A stretch of DNA of 64,000 nt from a virus (IMGVR_UViG_3300049044_000033:94796-158795); one strand, 5' to 3'; counted from the stretch's first letter, positions 55,567 to 63,918 are shown. Program-made: numbers and translations. Notes: a model not told the origin generated them from the sequence alone.

Positions 55567-55857
55567 TTACTTAATGGAGCCGCCGCAGCCAATAACGCCT
55601 GCTTCCAAGGCCTTAATGTAAGCCTTCTGCTCAGCAATAGTCTGACGAAGCATTGCGTTCTGCTCTTCTAGCTTTAAGCCTTCCTCAGCTTTGTCAATGG
55701 CAATCTCAGCCTTTGCGATTTCAGCCTTACACAATACAGGGACGGGCACATCATTCTTAATGACCTGACTATTCTCTGGAGGTTTAGGTAGCTTCTCTAC
55801 GTGATCTCCACCACATGCCGCTAGGGCAAATAGAGTTAAGACTAATAGGTTCTTCAT
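55567..55857 (-). CDS. Putative o-spanin (Rz1-like lipoprotein)
   Basis: Lipobox LAAC, Pro-rich segment, coiled coil, terminal Cys; ATGA overlap with i-spanin. Confidence 0.75.
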   Translation of the reverse strand: MKNLLVLTLFALAACGGDHVEKLPKPPENSQVIKNDVPVPVLCKAEIAKAEIAIDKAEEGLKLEEQNAMLRQTIAEQKAYIKALEAGVIGCGGSIK

Positions 55858-56384
55858 TCTGCCTTCCTCCAATCCTTGATGAATTGATCAGTGGTCTCTT
55901 CCTCACGATTGATTCGCTCCTGAGGTGTTCCAGTGCTTGGGTTGGCTGCTTTGTATTTTGCCGCAAGAGTCAAATACTCCTGACGCTTTGCTTCGACTTT
56001 AGCCGCTTCCTTGCGAGCATTTGCCTGTGCCTTATCAGCAACCTTCTTCAGATTAGCCACTGCCTTGTTGTTGGTCTCGATAGTCTTGTGATGAAGGACC
56101 TTCTCCTTCTCAAGAGCCTTTACATAGACCTTGAGCGTCTCACCCTGTTCCTTGATGAAGGTTTCCTTGTTCTTCACAACAATGCGAACTTGTTCAAGCT
56201 CGTTGTGAGTCGCAACAGCGTACCAGCCCAGGAAGACCAAAACGGCCGAAAGAAAGAGGGTTAAGAACTGGAAAGGATATTTGACAGCAAACTTCACAAT
56301 ACCCTTGATGAATTCAAATAATAGAGTTAGCAACAGCTTTCCAAAGCCAAGGGCCTTGAGCGCGATACCCAGAAATAATCCCAT
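55854..56384 (-). CDS. Putative i-spanin (Rz-like)
   Basis: N-terminal TM followed by a long coiled coil; paired with the lipoprotein gene. Confidence 0.75.
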   Translation of the reverse strand: MGLFLGIALKALGFGKLLLTLLFEFIKGIVKFAVKYPFQFLTLFLSAVLVFLGWYAVATHNELEQVRIVVKNKETFIKEQGETLKVYVKALEKEKVLHHKTIETNNKAVANLKKVADKAQANARKEAAKVEAKRQEYLTLAAKYKAANPSTGTPQERINREEETTDQFIKDWRKAE

Positions 56385-56443
56385 GTGGCTCTCCTTTTAG
56401 GTAATCTCTTTACCCTATTTAGCCACATAGGAGTTTATGCAAG

Positions 56444-56878
56444 TTAGCGACTCTTCAGTTCAATCCTAGCTTCATCTGACTTCCAATGATCGTGAAGCCG
56501 GTGGAAGGAATCATTATTTAGGTATTTGCTAATAAAGCCTCTACCAGGATCGACGACCTGTTGCTTTTCTCCCAGGTTCTCAACCAGATCAAGGATAAGT
56601 GCTTCGTTGGTCCAGATATCCTTAGTGAAGAATTCCTCGTCCTTGAAGACATCATAGGCGCGGTGCTGAGTGGGATAGAGCTTCTGATCTGCGAAGTTCA
56701 TCGCATAGCCGGAAACCGCGCTTTCAACGAGGAGCATCCACCCAGTGTTACCGTTGAATGTCCGCTTGACCAACTTGACCTTGCTGCTGAAACGCAGCTC
56801 AGTGACCGCAGCGAGATGCCGGGCAATCATTGCATGATTGAACGCTTCATCAAACTTCGGGTCATCTCGCTTTGCCAT
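56444..56878 (-). CDS. Hypothetical protein
   Basis: Cassette RBS. Confidence 0.75.
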   Translation of the reverse strand: MAKRDDPKFDEAFNHAMIARHLAAVTELRFSSKVKLVKRTFNGNTGWMLLVESAVSGYAMNFADQKLYPTQHRAYDVFKDEEFFTKDIWTNEALILDLVENLGEKQQVVDPGRGFISKYLNNDSFHRLHDHWKSDEARIELKSR

Positions 56879-56935
56879 GTTCGATCTCCTGTTTCTGTTA
56901 TTTAGGTGATAGCAGAAACAGGAGACTTGTCAACC
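56879..56935 (-). promoter_or_regulatory. Hairpin promoter/RBS cassette
   Basis: TTGACA; TCTCCTGTTTCTG/CAGAAACAGGAGA 13-bp IR at 56885-56925. Confidence 0.85.
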
Positions 56936-56939
56936 GCTT

Positions 56940-57584
56940 TTAGAGCAGCGACCTAAAGGTTAGGCTAATCCGTGCCTTGCTCTCAAAGCCAGCTTTGGGA
57001 ATGCGATGCTGATATGTAGACTGAAAGCCAGCTGGCATCAAACACAGGCTACCATGTTCTAAGGGCTGGTCGATGATTTCCCCATAAGTAGGCTTGCCGT
57101 CGACTTCGCCTAACTTCTCACGAAACTGAATGCTGCGAGGCTTATCAACACCGGGTCCACCATACAGCGTCACAACCGCGATGGGTTTTGAGTGATCAAT
57201 TCCTGGATCATCATCTTCGTGCCAGCCCAACCAATCGCGCGCATCTTCGTAACCATTGAGGAAACAACCCTCGAAGAACGTAGAGACGCGAGGATCCTGG
57301 TTCAGTGATTCACTAACTGTTAATATCTCGCGAGTGATCGGCTGGGCGTCGTAGGTCCGAGTACCAGCACCGCGGCCGTAGGTATAGGACCGGTCATACA
57401 CGTTCGTCCAGTATTCCCGACGGGGAGCATCAGGTCGACGTTCCCAGTTGAGTTCGTTCCACAACGTGACAAACATTTCGTCGGCCGTCAGGGCAGGGGT
57501 TCCAAGGTTCCTATCTGAGAGGTGGCGCTTGGATTCCACAAACCTGTTGTGGTTCACAAAGTCGGGAATATAGACAATCGACAT
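56940..57584 (-). CDS. alkB: AlkB-family 2OG-Fe(II) dioxygenase (ALKBH2/3-like)
   Basis: CFLNGYED..D.LGWHEDD, IAVVTL, L.HGSL.LM.AGFQ..YQHRIPK, RISLTFR. Confidence 0.9.
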   Translation of the reverse strand: MSIVYIPDFVNHNRFVESKRHLSDRNLGTPALTADEMFVTLWNELNWERRPDAPRREYWTNVYDRSYTYGRGAGTRTYDAQPITREILTVSESLNQDPRVSTFFEGCFLNGYEDARDWLGWHEDDDPGIDHSKPIAVVTLYGGPGVDKPRSIQFREKLGEVDGKPTYGEIIDQPLEHGSLCLMPAGFQSTYQHRIPKAGFESKARISLTFRSLL

Positions 57585-57632
57585 TTTGAATCCTTTCACG
57601 CCTTTGTAACAGAAAAGGATCCTATGTCAACC

Positions 57633-58394
57633 TCAGAGCATCTTAAGCTTTTCCATCATCAGCACTTGCTTGATGTCGTCGCTGAGGAGAAGGACTTGGT
57701 CGTCCATAACGCCAGGAATCTTAGCTTCTTCCTTGGCGCCAATATGCTTGATCTTAACCGTTCGAGCATCACTAATGTGGGTGATCTTACCCACAATCAA
57801 GTGGCCATATCTCTGACCAACGATGACTAGATCCCCGGCCGTTACATCTCGACCGTAACGATCCTTGATAGAGATGCTTGGCTTGACCTTAGAAGGCTTA
57901 CCCTTAACGAGAACTTCGCCACCAGTATATCCGATGAGCAATACGGGACGAGCTGTCTTCATAGACGAAGAACTGGGGTTCCATTCCAAAACAACTTTGC
58001 CGTCAACTGAAGCTTCGCACATTCCATGACCGCCCCAGCGACTAGAGCTCAGTAGGATATTGCCATAAATGTGTGCCGAACCGCCCTTATTGTTCCAGCC
58101 TTTGTGCGTAACAATTTTGACCTTGGAGGGAGGGTTATTATCGTCATCACTGTGGATAATATTGCCGGGCTTCTTTGTGATTCGAGCAATTGTGCCCGCT
58201 TTAGCGCCTGCTGTTAGCTTGACATAGATTGGTCCAGTTTCGAAAAGATCGCGAATCTCTTGGAGGAGTTCTCGAGCTTTCTCAGCTTTCTCCATCATGG
58301 ATTCATAACTACCTGAGGTATCCTCATAGTAGAATGAAGTGTCATTATACTGATATCCGCTAGGGAACAGTTCGGTCCAAAGAATCTCTTTCAT
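57633..58394 (-). CDS. Hypothetical protein; paralog of 20314..21063
   Basis: KLTAGAKAGTI; DRYGRDVTAGDLVIV. Confidence 0.75.
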   Translation of the reverse strand: MKEILWTELFPSGYQYNDTSFYYEDTSGSYESMMEKAEKARELLQEIRDLFETGPIYVKLTAGAKAGTIARITKKPGNIIHSDDDNNPPSKVKIVTHKGWNNKGGSAHIYGNILLSSSRWGGHGMCEASVDGKVVLEWNPSSSSMKTARPVLLIGYTGGEVLVKGKPSKVKPSISIKDRYGRDVTAGDLVIVGQRYGHLIVGKITHISDARTVKIKHIGAKEEAKIPGVMDDQVLLLSDDIKQVLMMEKLKML

Positions 58395-58437
58395 ACCTCA
58401 TTGCTAAGAGGGTAGAAAGAGAGTTGTCATTATTCTT

Positions 58438-58743
58438 TTAGGATAATAGAGCTTGGTCCGCTAGCTCTTTCCAAACTGGCTTGAGCTCTTCGATGATTGC
58501 GTCGATCTGATATTGCTGAACCTCACTGGGAACGTTGATGCTCATAGCAGCCTTCAACTCTTCAGCCATGATCTCAAGCATGTAGAAAGGCCAGTTCTTC
58601 TCAATCCATGTTGGAACCACATGAGTGACCATGCCTACCACGATAGCGTTGACGGCTTCCTCAGGTGTGAGAAACTTCTGAGCTTTTTGCTCAGGGGTGA
58701 GGGGTTTTTCCGCAAGCGCGGGAAATTGTATAACCTTTGCCAT
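58438..58743 (-). CDS. Hypothetical protein
   Basis: MAKVIQFP N-terminus; CTAAATA just upstream. Confidence 0.7.
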   Translation of the reverse strand: MAKVIQFPALAEKPLTPEQKAQKFLTPEEAVNAIVVGMVTHVVPTWIEKNWPFYMLEIMAEELKAAMSINVPSEVQQYQIDAIIEELKPVWKELADQALLS

Positions 58744-58786
58744 CCAATATTTAGTGGCAAAGTGCGCAGTTAAGCGTTTTTAGGGA

Positions 58787-58863
58787 TGGTGGACACAGTG
58801 GGATTCGAACCCACGACGCAGGGTGTTAGAGACCCCCGCTCTTGACCGCTGAGCTATGCGTCC
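58787..58863 (-). tRNA. Amber suppressor tRNA (anticodon CUA)
   Basis: GGACGCA-TA-GCTC-AGCGGTCAA-GAGC-G-GGGGT-CTCTAAC-ACCCT-GCGTC-GTGGG-TTCGAAT-CCCAC-TGTGTCC-A-CCA; anticodon at 58827-58829; own TTGACA/TATAAAT promoter. Confidence 0.92.
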
Positions 58864-58905
58864 ATGTTCTCATTTATAAGGCAGAGAACGTACCTTGTCA
58901 ACACC

Positions 58906-59448
58906 TTATCGGTTGTATCCGCCGCGGTTAGGGAAGGCAAGACCTGGGATCATGATGATTGTCTTATCATACCAATCGTTTACTGTCTTGAGAAGCTCGC
59001 CCTCTGCCCCTATGACTTCGTCCAAGTATTCAGTCATAAGCCTGTTAGGGCACATTGCCGGACTGAGTAGCTTGACCTTCTGCAGGGCATCTGCGGGGCT
59101 CATACCATGTAGAACCAAGATAGCCATCGCAATAGCAGTGGATCGGCTCTTACCAGCAGAGCAGTGAACGAGAACCTTTGACTCATCAGTGAGTTCCCAG
59201 CTCTTCACTTCGTCAATGATCTCTTGCATGACCTTCAGGGAGGGAGGCGTCAGGTCAGCATATTCCTCCGGATCATCTGCCTCAACATCATGGAAATTGT
59301 AGATCCCATGATTGTTATGCTGGCGATCAATATAAGTACCGGGCCAATTAGGGCCAGCATCGTTGATCACGCTGATGATGTGAGTAGGCCAATCCTGAGC
59401 GATCAGGGTCTTGGCTTTGTGGATTCCCATTACTTTGATTTCAAACAT
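58906..59448 (-). CDS. Protein-tyrosine/dual-specificity phosphatase
   Basis: LVHCSAGKSRS (CX5R), FHDV, PN. Confidence 0.9.
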   Translation of the reverse strand: MFEIKVMGIHKAKTLIAQDWPTHIISVINDAGPNWPGTYIDRQHNNHGIYNFHDVEADDPEEYADLTPPSLKVMQEIIDEVKSWELTDESKVLVHCSAGKSRSTAIAMAILVLHGMSPADALQKVKLLSPAMCPNRLMTEYLDEVIGAEGELLKTVNDWYDKTIIMIPGLAFPNRGGYNR

Positions 59449-59455
59449 ACGATCT

Positions 59456-59480
59456 ATAGGGTGAGTTGCCCCACCCTATT
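59456..59480 (-). terminator. Stem-loop
   Basis: ATAGGGTG/CACCCTAT. Confidence 0.5.
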
Positions 59481-59483
59481 TCC

Positions 59484-59858
59484 TTAACGGTAGTTAGCCG
59501 GACCCATGGCGCAAACCATGTTGGCCTTCACTAGAGCCTGAAAAGTTACGTCCCAGTCCTCATTGGTCCTCGTCCAAGCATAATCGAGGATTTGCTTAGG
59601 GATAACATACACGCCGGTGCCTGGAGCCGCGATAGCGTAGAACAGATCATTGTCAGTCCAAGAAACTTCACAGCCACTGATGGTCACATTCATGACCTTG
59701 TTGTCAGCTGTTGAGATTGGCACAATGCCGTTTACCATGTGACCAACGCGGATGAGGGTCATCTTCACATGGGAGGGTGGAGTAACGGGAGCCGCAAGTG
59801 CAGGGGTAGCAACAAGGGCAGTGAGCGCAGCTAGTGCGCCGATGAAAAACTTCTTCAT
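59484..59858 (-). CDS. Secreted protein
   Basis: Start at MKKFFIG after GAGGAGG; signal ending ALA-A. Confidence 0.75.
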   Translation of the reverse strand: MKKFFIGALAALTALVATPALAAPVTPPSHVKMTLIRVGHMVNGIVPISTADNKVMNVTISGCEVSWTDNDLFYAIAAPGTGVYVIPKQILDYAWTRTNEDWDVTFQALVKANMVCAMGPANYR

Positions 59859-59934
59859 GGATACCTCCTCGACGCCTAGAGGAATATCAAAGCGTCCATG
59901 TATCCACAATACAGGAATTACAACCCAGGAATCA

Positions 59935-60315
59935 TTATTCTTGTTCGATTAGTTCGCCATCTTCTCCGAGTTTGAAAATGCGAACGTTAGCACCAGGTTG
60001 GGCCATGATCCCCTGGACTTCATTGAAGAAGTTTTGGAGGAACTCTTCCGAAAGCTTATGAGAATTATCTTCCCAATAAGTTCCAGGTGCCGGCGTTACG
60101 GGACGAACCCATCCCGTTGAGTCAGTTACATGCTTCCTCAAAGCAGTGCGCCAATCTGACTGTTTTGTCTGAAGACTGTTATAGACGTCTTCCATCGACA
60201 TCTCGGTATGCTCATTGGCCAATTCAGCATCATGAGCACGACGGGCTTCTTCATATTCAGGGAGGAGCAGGACGTCGCCGATGATTTCGAATACGGGAAG
60301 ATTTCTGCGAACCAT
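59935..60315 (-). CDS. Hypothetical protein
   Basis: Start at MVRRNL after AGGAGG. Confidence 0.7.
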   Translation of the reverse strand: MVRRNLPVFEIIGDVLLLPEYEEARRAHDAELANEHTEMSMEDVYNSLQTKQSDWRTALRKHVTDSTGWVRPVTPAPGTYWEDNSHKLSEEFLQNFFNEVQGIMAQPGANVRIFKLGEDGELIEQE

Positions 60316-60387
60316 ATTTGACCTCCTGCTGTTGTTACCTATAAGTAACAGAACGAGAGATCGAGTCAACCACATTTCGGTGAACCT

Positions 60388-60801
60388 ATGATCCTCTATA
60401 TTATGTCGGGCCTTCCTGGTTCCGGTAAGTCAACCACAGCTAATGAGATAGTTGAGAATACAGGTGCTATCCTCGTGAGTAGGGATGAACTTCGTGTGAG
60501 CTATCGTAACTTACCTGATGAAAGCCATCTCTCCCAAGCCCTAGGAAATAATGTAAAGTTCTTCCTTGAGCGTGGTTATGACGTTGTGGTCGATTCGTGG
60601 AATCTTGAGGTATGGGACGAGAAACTTTGGACTGAGATGGCTCGTAGATTTGGTGCTACATTGTCTTGGAAGCACATTGATACTGATGTTGAGACTTGTG
60701 TGGCTAGAGACGCAAAACGCCCTCAACCGATTGGGGCTGAGAGCGTTAGAAATGCGGCAGAACGTTACAGCGAACGTCTAAAGGTATTGGAGGAGGGCTA
60801 G
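60388..60801 (+). CDS. P-loop kinase, T4 polynucleotide-kinase-like (AAA_33) (TAG stop)
   Basis: GLPGSGKST, SRDELR, VVVDS.N, C..R...R. Confidence 0.85.
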   Translation: MILYIMSGLPGSGKSTTANEIVENTGAILVSRDELRVSYRNLPDESHLSQALGNNVKFFLERGYDVVVDSWNLEVWDEKLWTEMARRFGATLSWKHIDTDVETCVARDAKRPQPIGAESVRNAAERYSERLKVLEEG

Positions 60802-60879
60802 GTACTCGAAACCTAAGGGGCTACAAACCCCTCCATCTGTTTTCAAGGCAGCGCCGGCGCCCTGGCCGGTCAACCCTCC
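60788..60879 (-). tRNA. tRNA-Ser(UGA), atypical (long D stem, U73)
   Basis: GGAGGGT/GCCCTCC-T-CCA acceptor, loop CTTGAAA, long variable arm GGGG..CCCC, T arm TAGGT-TTCGAGT-ACCTA. Confidence 0.8.
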
Positions 60880-60912
60880 ATGTAGTCTATTTAGCAAGTT
60901 GTAGACTAGAAA

Positions 60913-61098
60913 TCAACTTGCTTGTCGACGTTCTTTTCGAATCTCGCGACTATTAATCACAGCCACGATACCCTTGTTGAGTGTCTCTGTGCAATCGCGA
61001 TCAATACGCATAAGGCGCTTGAGACGACGATTATCCATTGGCACGCCGTCATAGACTGCGGCATACATTTCCGAAAGAAGCTTATCTAGCAATGCCAA
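60913..61098 (-). CDS. Hypothetical protein
   Basis: Stop overlaps -35 of the tRNA promoter. Confidence 0.55.
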   Translation of the reverse strand: MALLDKLLSEMYAAVYDGVPMDNRRLKRLMRIDRDCTETLNKGIVAVINSREIRKERRQAS

Positions 61099-61110
61099 TG
61101 GAAGTCTCGC

Positions 61111-61194
61111 TTAGAAGATGAAAGCACCAGCGACGAAAGAAATCACAGCAGTGATAACGGGATGCTCGTGAACAAAACGCTGAACCTGATCCAT
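61111..61194 (-). CDS. 27-aa tail-anchor-like peptide (ElaB/YqjD C-terminus-like; not in ORF track)
   Basis: MDQVQRFVHEHPVITAVISFVAGAFIF; AAGGAG RBS. Confidence 0.55.
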   Translation of the reverse strand: MDQVQRFVHEHPVITAVISFVAGAFIF

Positions 61195-61247
61195 AAAAAC
61201 TCCTTTGTTGCCTGTCTGCTATTAGGTTAGTCTGACCTACTTGTCAA

Positions 61248-61754
61248 CTACCTTTGTTCCTTCATTACCTCACAGGCATGAAGATAGATTGCGAGACGTT
61301 GTGGATCTAGCTCTGCTTCTGCTAATTCGCGCGAAAAGAAGAAGGGCTGAAGACATTCGTCATTGACCTCATATGGGTCAATCCAATCCACAAAGCCTGC
61401 GTAGAACTGCTGGTAGGAAACCGGATGAGGATATTTCCAATCCTCTGGGACCTCACCCTCACTGGTCATTCTCAGATATCCAATGGGAACGACCATTGTC
61501 ACGTGACAACCCGTTTCCTCGAGACATTCCCGCTTGGCTGCTTGCTCAAGCGTCTCACCGACTTCTACGTGCCCTCCGGGGACCTCTAAGCCCCTCCTTG
61601 AGTTGTTGGCAAACACAACCCGCTTACCTAAGACAAAGGGCATGAGAAACGCTGTAGAGGTCAACTCCAAGGGAGCAGGGCTACTATCAGCGATGAACTC
61701 TACCTGATTAGGGAGAGGGAGATACTTAACGTCTGTAATGGTATGAAGAATCAT
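61248..61754 (-). CDS. NUDIX hydrolase (TAG stop)
   Basis: PGGHVEVGETLEQAAKRECLEETG Nudix box. Confidence 0.92.
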   Translation of the reverse strand: MILHTITDVKYLPLPNQVEFIADSSPAPLELTSTAFLMPFVLGKRVVFANNSRRGLEVPGGHVEVGETLEQAAKRECLEETGCHVTMVVPIGYLRMTSEGEVPEDWKYPHPVSYQQFYAGFVDWIDPYEVNDECLQPFFFSRELAEAELDPQRLAIYLHACEVMKEQR

Positions 61755-61759
61755 ACCTT

Positions 61760-62119
61760 TTACTTAAGGTTAATCACACTCTTGTCAAGCTGGTATTCAA
61801 TTGTGGTGATTCGCTCGTTGAGCTGACGCTGAACGGTTAGCAATCGACGTTGGTTATCTCGAACCTCACGGAGTATTTCTTTAATCTCCTGAGTGTCGCG
61901 GTTCTGGGTGTTCTGTAGGAGGAAGACCATTAGGAAGGTAGCAATCGTTGTACCAGTGTTAATGATCAACTGCCATGTGGCCGAGAAGCCCGCAAAGGGT
62001 CCACACGCTGCCCAGATGAAAACCAAACTCAACGCTATGATGAACGCCAAAGGTTTACCAAGACTATCTGCGATCCACTCAGAGAATAGGTCAAAACGGT
62101 CTCGTAGAATCTTGGTCAT
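61760..62119 (-). CDS. Low-affinity iron permease (Fet4-like) family protein
   Basis: W...GP..GFS.TWQLIINTGTTI.TFLMVFLLQNTQNRD. Confidence 0.88.
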   Translation of the reverse strand: MTKILRDRFDLFSEWIADSLGKPLAFIIALSLVFIWAACGPFAGFSATWQLIINTGTTIATFLMVFLLQNTQNRDTQEIKEILREVRDNQRRLLTVQRQLNERITTIEYQLDKSVINLK

Positions 62120-62200
62120 AGCGTGTCACTCCCGCGACTAATTTGGTGTCATAGGACTCCCTAGTGTTGTTTGGAATTGTGAGCAAACTCACGTGATTAT

Positions 62201-62530
62201 TTAGTTAGCGGACACAAAAGCGTATGGTTTACCCTCTTGATACCAATCCGCCGTCCATATCCGGTTGTAGTTAGAGTCATTCACAAAGGCAGGAATGAAC
62301 CGAGTGGTCATTGGGCTATCTTGAGTCATAGCAAAAGCTAGAAATTTAGCCATATATTCAGGCGATGGGAAGTAGCCTAGCCGGGCTTCAAACTGTTTGA
62401 TCTCATCCAGATCATAGTCCTTGTAGGTCAGAATACCTCGGACGCCAGGGCGACAAATCCTAATATCCGGCGGGGACTCTACGAATATCCTATAGCCATT
62501 GAAGGCCAGCTTATTATAGAGTGAGTTCAC
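62201..62530 (-). CDS. Hypothetical protein; tandem paralog of 62527..62814
   Basis: LYNKL.F.G...L..FPS.E..A. Confidence 0.7.
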   Translation of the reverse strand: MNSLYNKLAFNGYRIFVESPPDIRICRPGVRGILTYKDYDLDEIKQFEARLGYFPSPEYMAKFLAFAMTQDSPMTTRFIPAFVNDSNYNRIWTADWYQEGKPYAFVSAN

Positions 62531-62814
62531 GGATAGTTATTCATAGATTCATAGAGGTCGTTCATTTCGTCCATGTTGTCAAACAGGACATTACCAGCGT
62601 TGTCGGTCACCTTCCCCACACAGTCGCCGTAGACATTGAAGAGATCTTCGGCAAAATCTTCAGCAGAGGGAAACTCCGCAAGGGTGAATTTACGAGCTAA
62701 AACCGATTCAACTGTAGGGAAGTTTTGATGTTCTATAATACGACTTTCATGGTTATAGAACGTTACACAAAAGCCGGAGAACTGAAGCTTATTATAGAGG
62801 GGATCAGTCGTCAT
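62527..62814 (-). CDS. Hypothetical protein; tandem paralog of 62201..62530
   Basis: LYNKLQFSG...LAEFPSAEDFA. Confidence 0.7.
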   Translation of the reverse strand: MTTDPLYNKLQFSGFCVTFYNHESRIIEHQNFPTVESVLARKFTLAEFPSAEDFAEDLFNVYGDCVGKVTDNAGNVLFDNMDEMNDLYESMNNYP

Positions 62815-63172
62815 CGCCGAGGATCTTCCGCTCCATCAAGAGCTCTATGGTCGCTACCTCATTGTCGGGAGCCATCATACATTCGTGGTTGCCAGCAGCA
62901 TAACCCCACTGGTGCTCCCGATGATCGATCCGAACCTTGCCAGTCTCAATTGCTTCCTGGATCACGCGAGCATCACTGACTCGGCTTTCCTTACCCGTCG
63001 ACACGCTCTTGCCATAGGTCGTTAGTTCGCCCCGGTAGTAGGTCAGGAAGCCTGCACTGACGAGTCGATGGGCGCCACCAACATCATGAGCGAGAGTCGT
63101 GTGTTCCACGCCGGTCATCTTGTTGATCAGCGCAAACTCGCCTTCATCGTTCATCACATACTTGGTGGTCAT
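62804..63172 (-). CDS. Hypothetical protein
   Basis: H......VSAGF......YG.S.S......D pattern. Confidence 0.7.
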   Translation of the reverse strand: MTTKYVMNDEGEFALINKMTGVEHTTLAHDVGGAHRLVSAGFLTYYRGELTTYGKSVSTGKESRVSDARVIQEAIETGKVRIDHREHQWGYAAGNHECMMAPDNEVATIELLMERKILGDDD

Positions 63173-63190
63173 CTTTGTCCCTCTTGATAG

Positions 63191-63215
63191 AAAAGGGGGA
63201 GGGTTTCCCCTCCCC
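63191..63215 (-). terminator. Rho-independent terminator
   Basis: GGGGAGGG/CCCTCCCC stem plus U-tract. Confidence 0.7.
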
Positions 63216-63225
63216 GTATTAAAAC

Positions 63226-63918
63226 TTAGGCTGCGTAGTAGAAGCTGCCCTGGTAGTCCTGGCCGCCGGTCTTGATCCGGAGGATGCTGGCCAGTCCGAT
63301 GCTGCGGACGATGATCTGATTCTCGACCTTCAGACCGCCCTGGACCTTCTCGCTCTGCTTGGCTTCGGGCTTCTCATAGCCCTGGATGTTTGCTTCGTCG
63401 ATGGGCTTGCCGTCGAGGAAGAATTCCGTCTTACCAGCGCGCAGGAAGATCGTATCGAGGTAATAGTTGGGCTCTGCTTCGCCGGCCTTCACATGCTCGA
63501 TAAACGGGCTGTTGGGAACGCGCTCGCCCCACTTGCGCGGCTTGACCCGGAAGCGCTCTTCAGCTTCTTCGCGACGCTCTGCCTCACCGGCTTCCAGTGC
63601 TGCTTCGATCTTCGCGGCCAGTTCGTCGATTTCCTCAGCCGACAGCACATCGAGCAGTAGTTCCTGCGCCTCGTCGGCCTTCGCAGTTGCGTCTGCGAGG
63701 ATTTCGCCGCAGATTGCGTTGCGGACCATATTCTGGTACGTATTGGTATTCTTGTTCTGGCAGATCAGCACAGTCGATCCTGACACGCGCTTGGTCACGC
63801 GATCCTTCATCGGGTTGGCCTTGCCGCCCTTCAGCGGGACGATGGTTTCGATGTCGAGACCGATAAAGCTTACACCGCGCAGCTTGGAAAGCACTTCAAC
63901 TACATTATGCATCTGCAT
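63226..63918 (-). CDS. Phage hypothetical protein
   Basis: Start at MQMHNV after cassette RBS; L.GGK.NP...RVTK...Y.NMV...PRKWGER...PFIEH; strong codon bias. Confidence 0.8.
   Translation of the reverse strand: MQMHNVVEVLSKLRGVSFIGLDIETIVPLKGGKANPMKDRVTKRVSGSTVLICQNKNTNTYQNMVRNAICGEILADATAKADEAQELLLDVLSAEEIDELAAKIEAALEAGEAERREEAEERFRVKPRKWGERVPNSPFIEHVKAGEAEPNYYLDTIFLRAGKTEFFLDGKPIDEANIQGYEKPEAKQSEKVQGGLKVENQIIVRSIGLASILRIKTGGQDYQGSFYYAA

Noticed and set aside
58787-58863. tRNA-Pyl
   Set aside because: Canonical D-loop GG, TTCG T-loop and 5-bp anticodon stem; no pyl genes in the window
60788-60879. tRNA-Sec
   Set aside because: Anticodon reads UGA (Ser), not UCA; 7-bp acceptor stem
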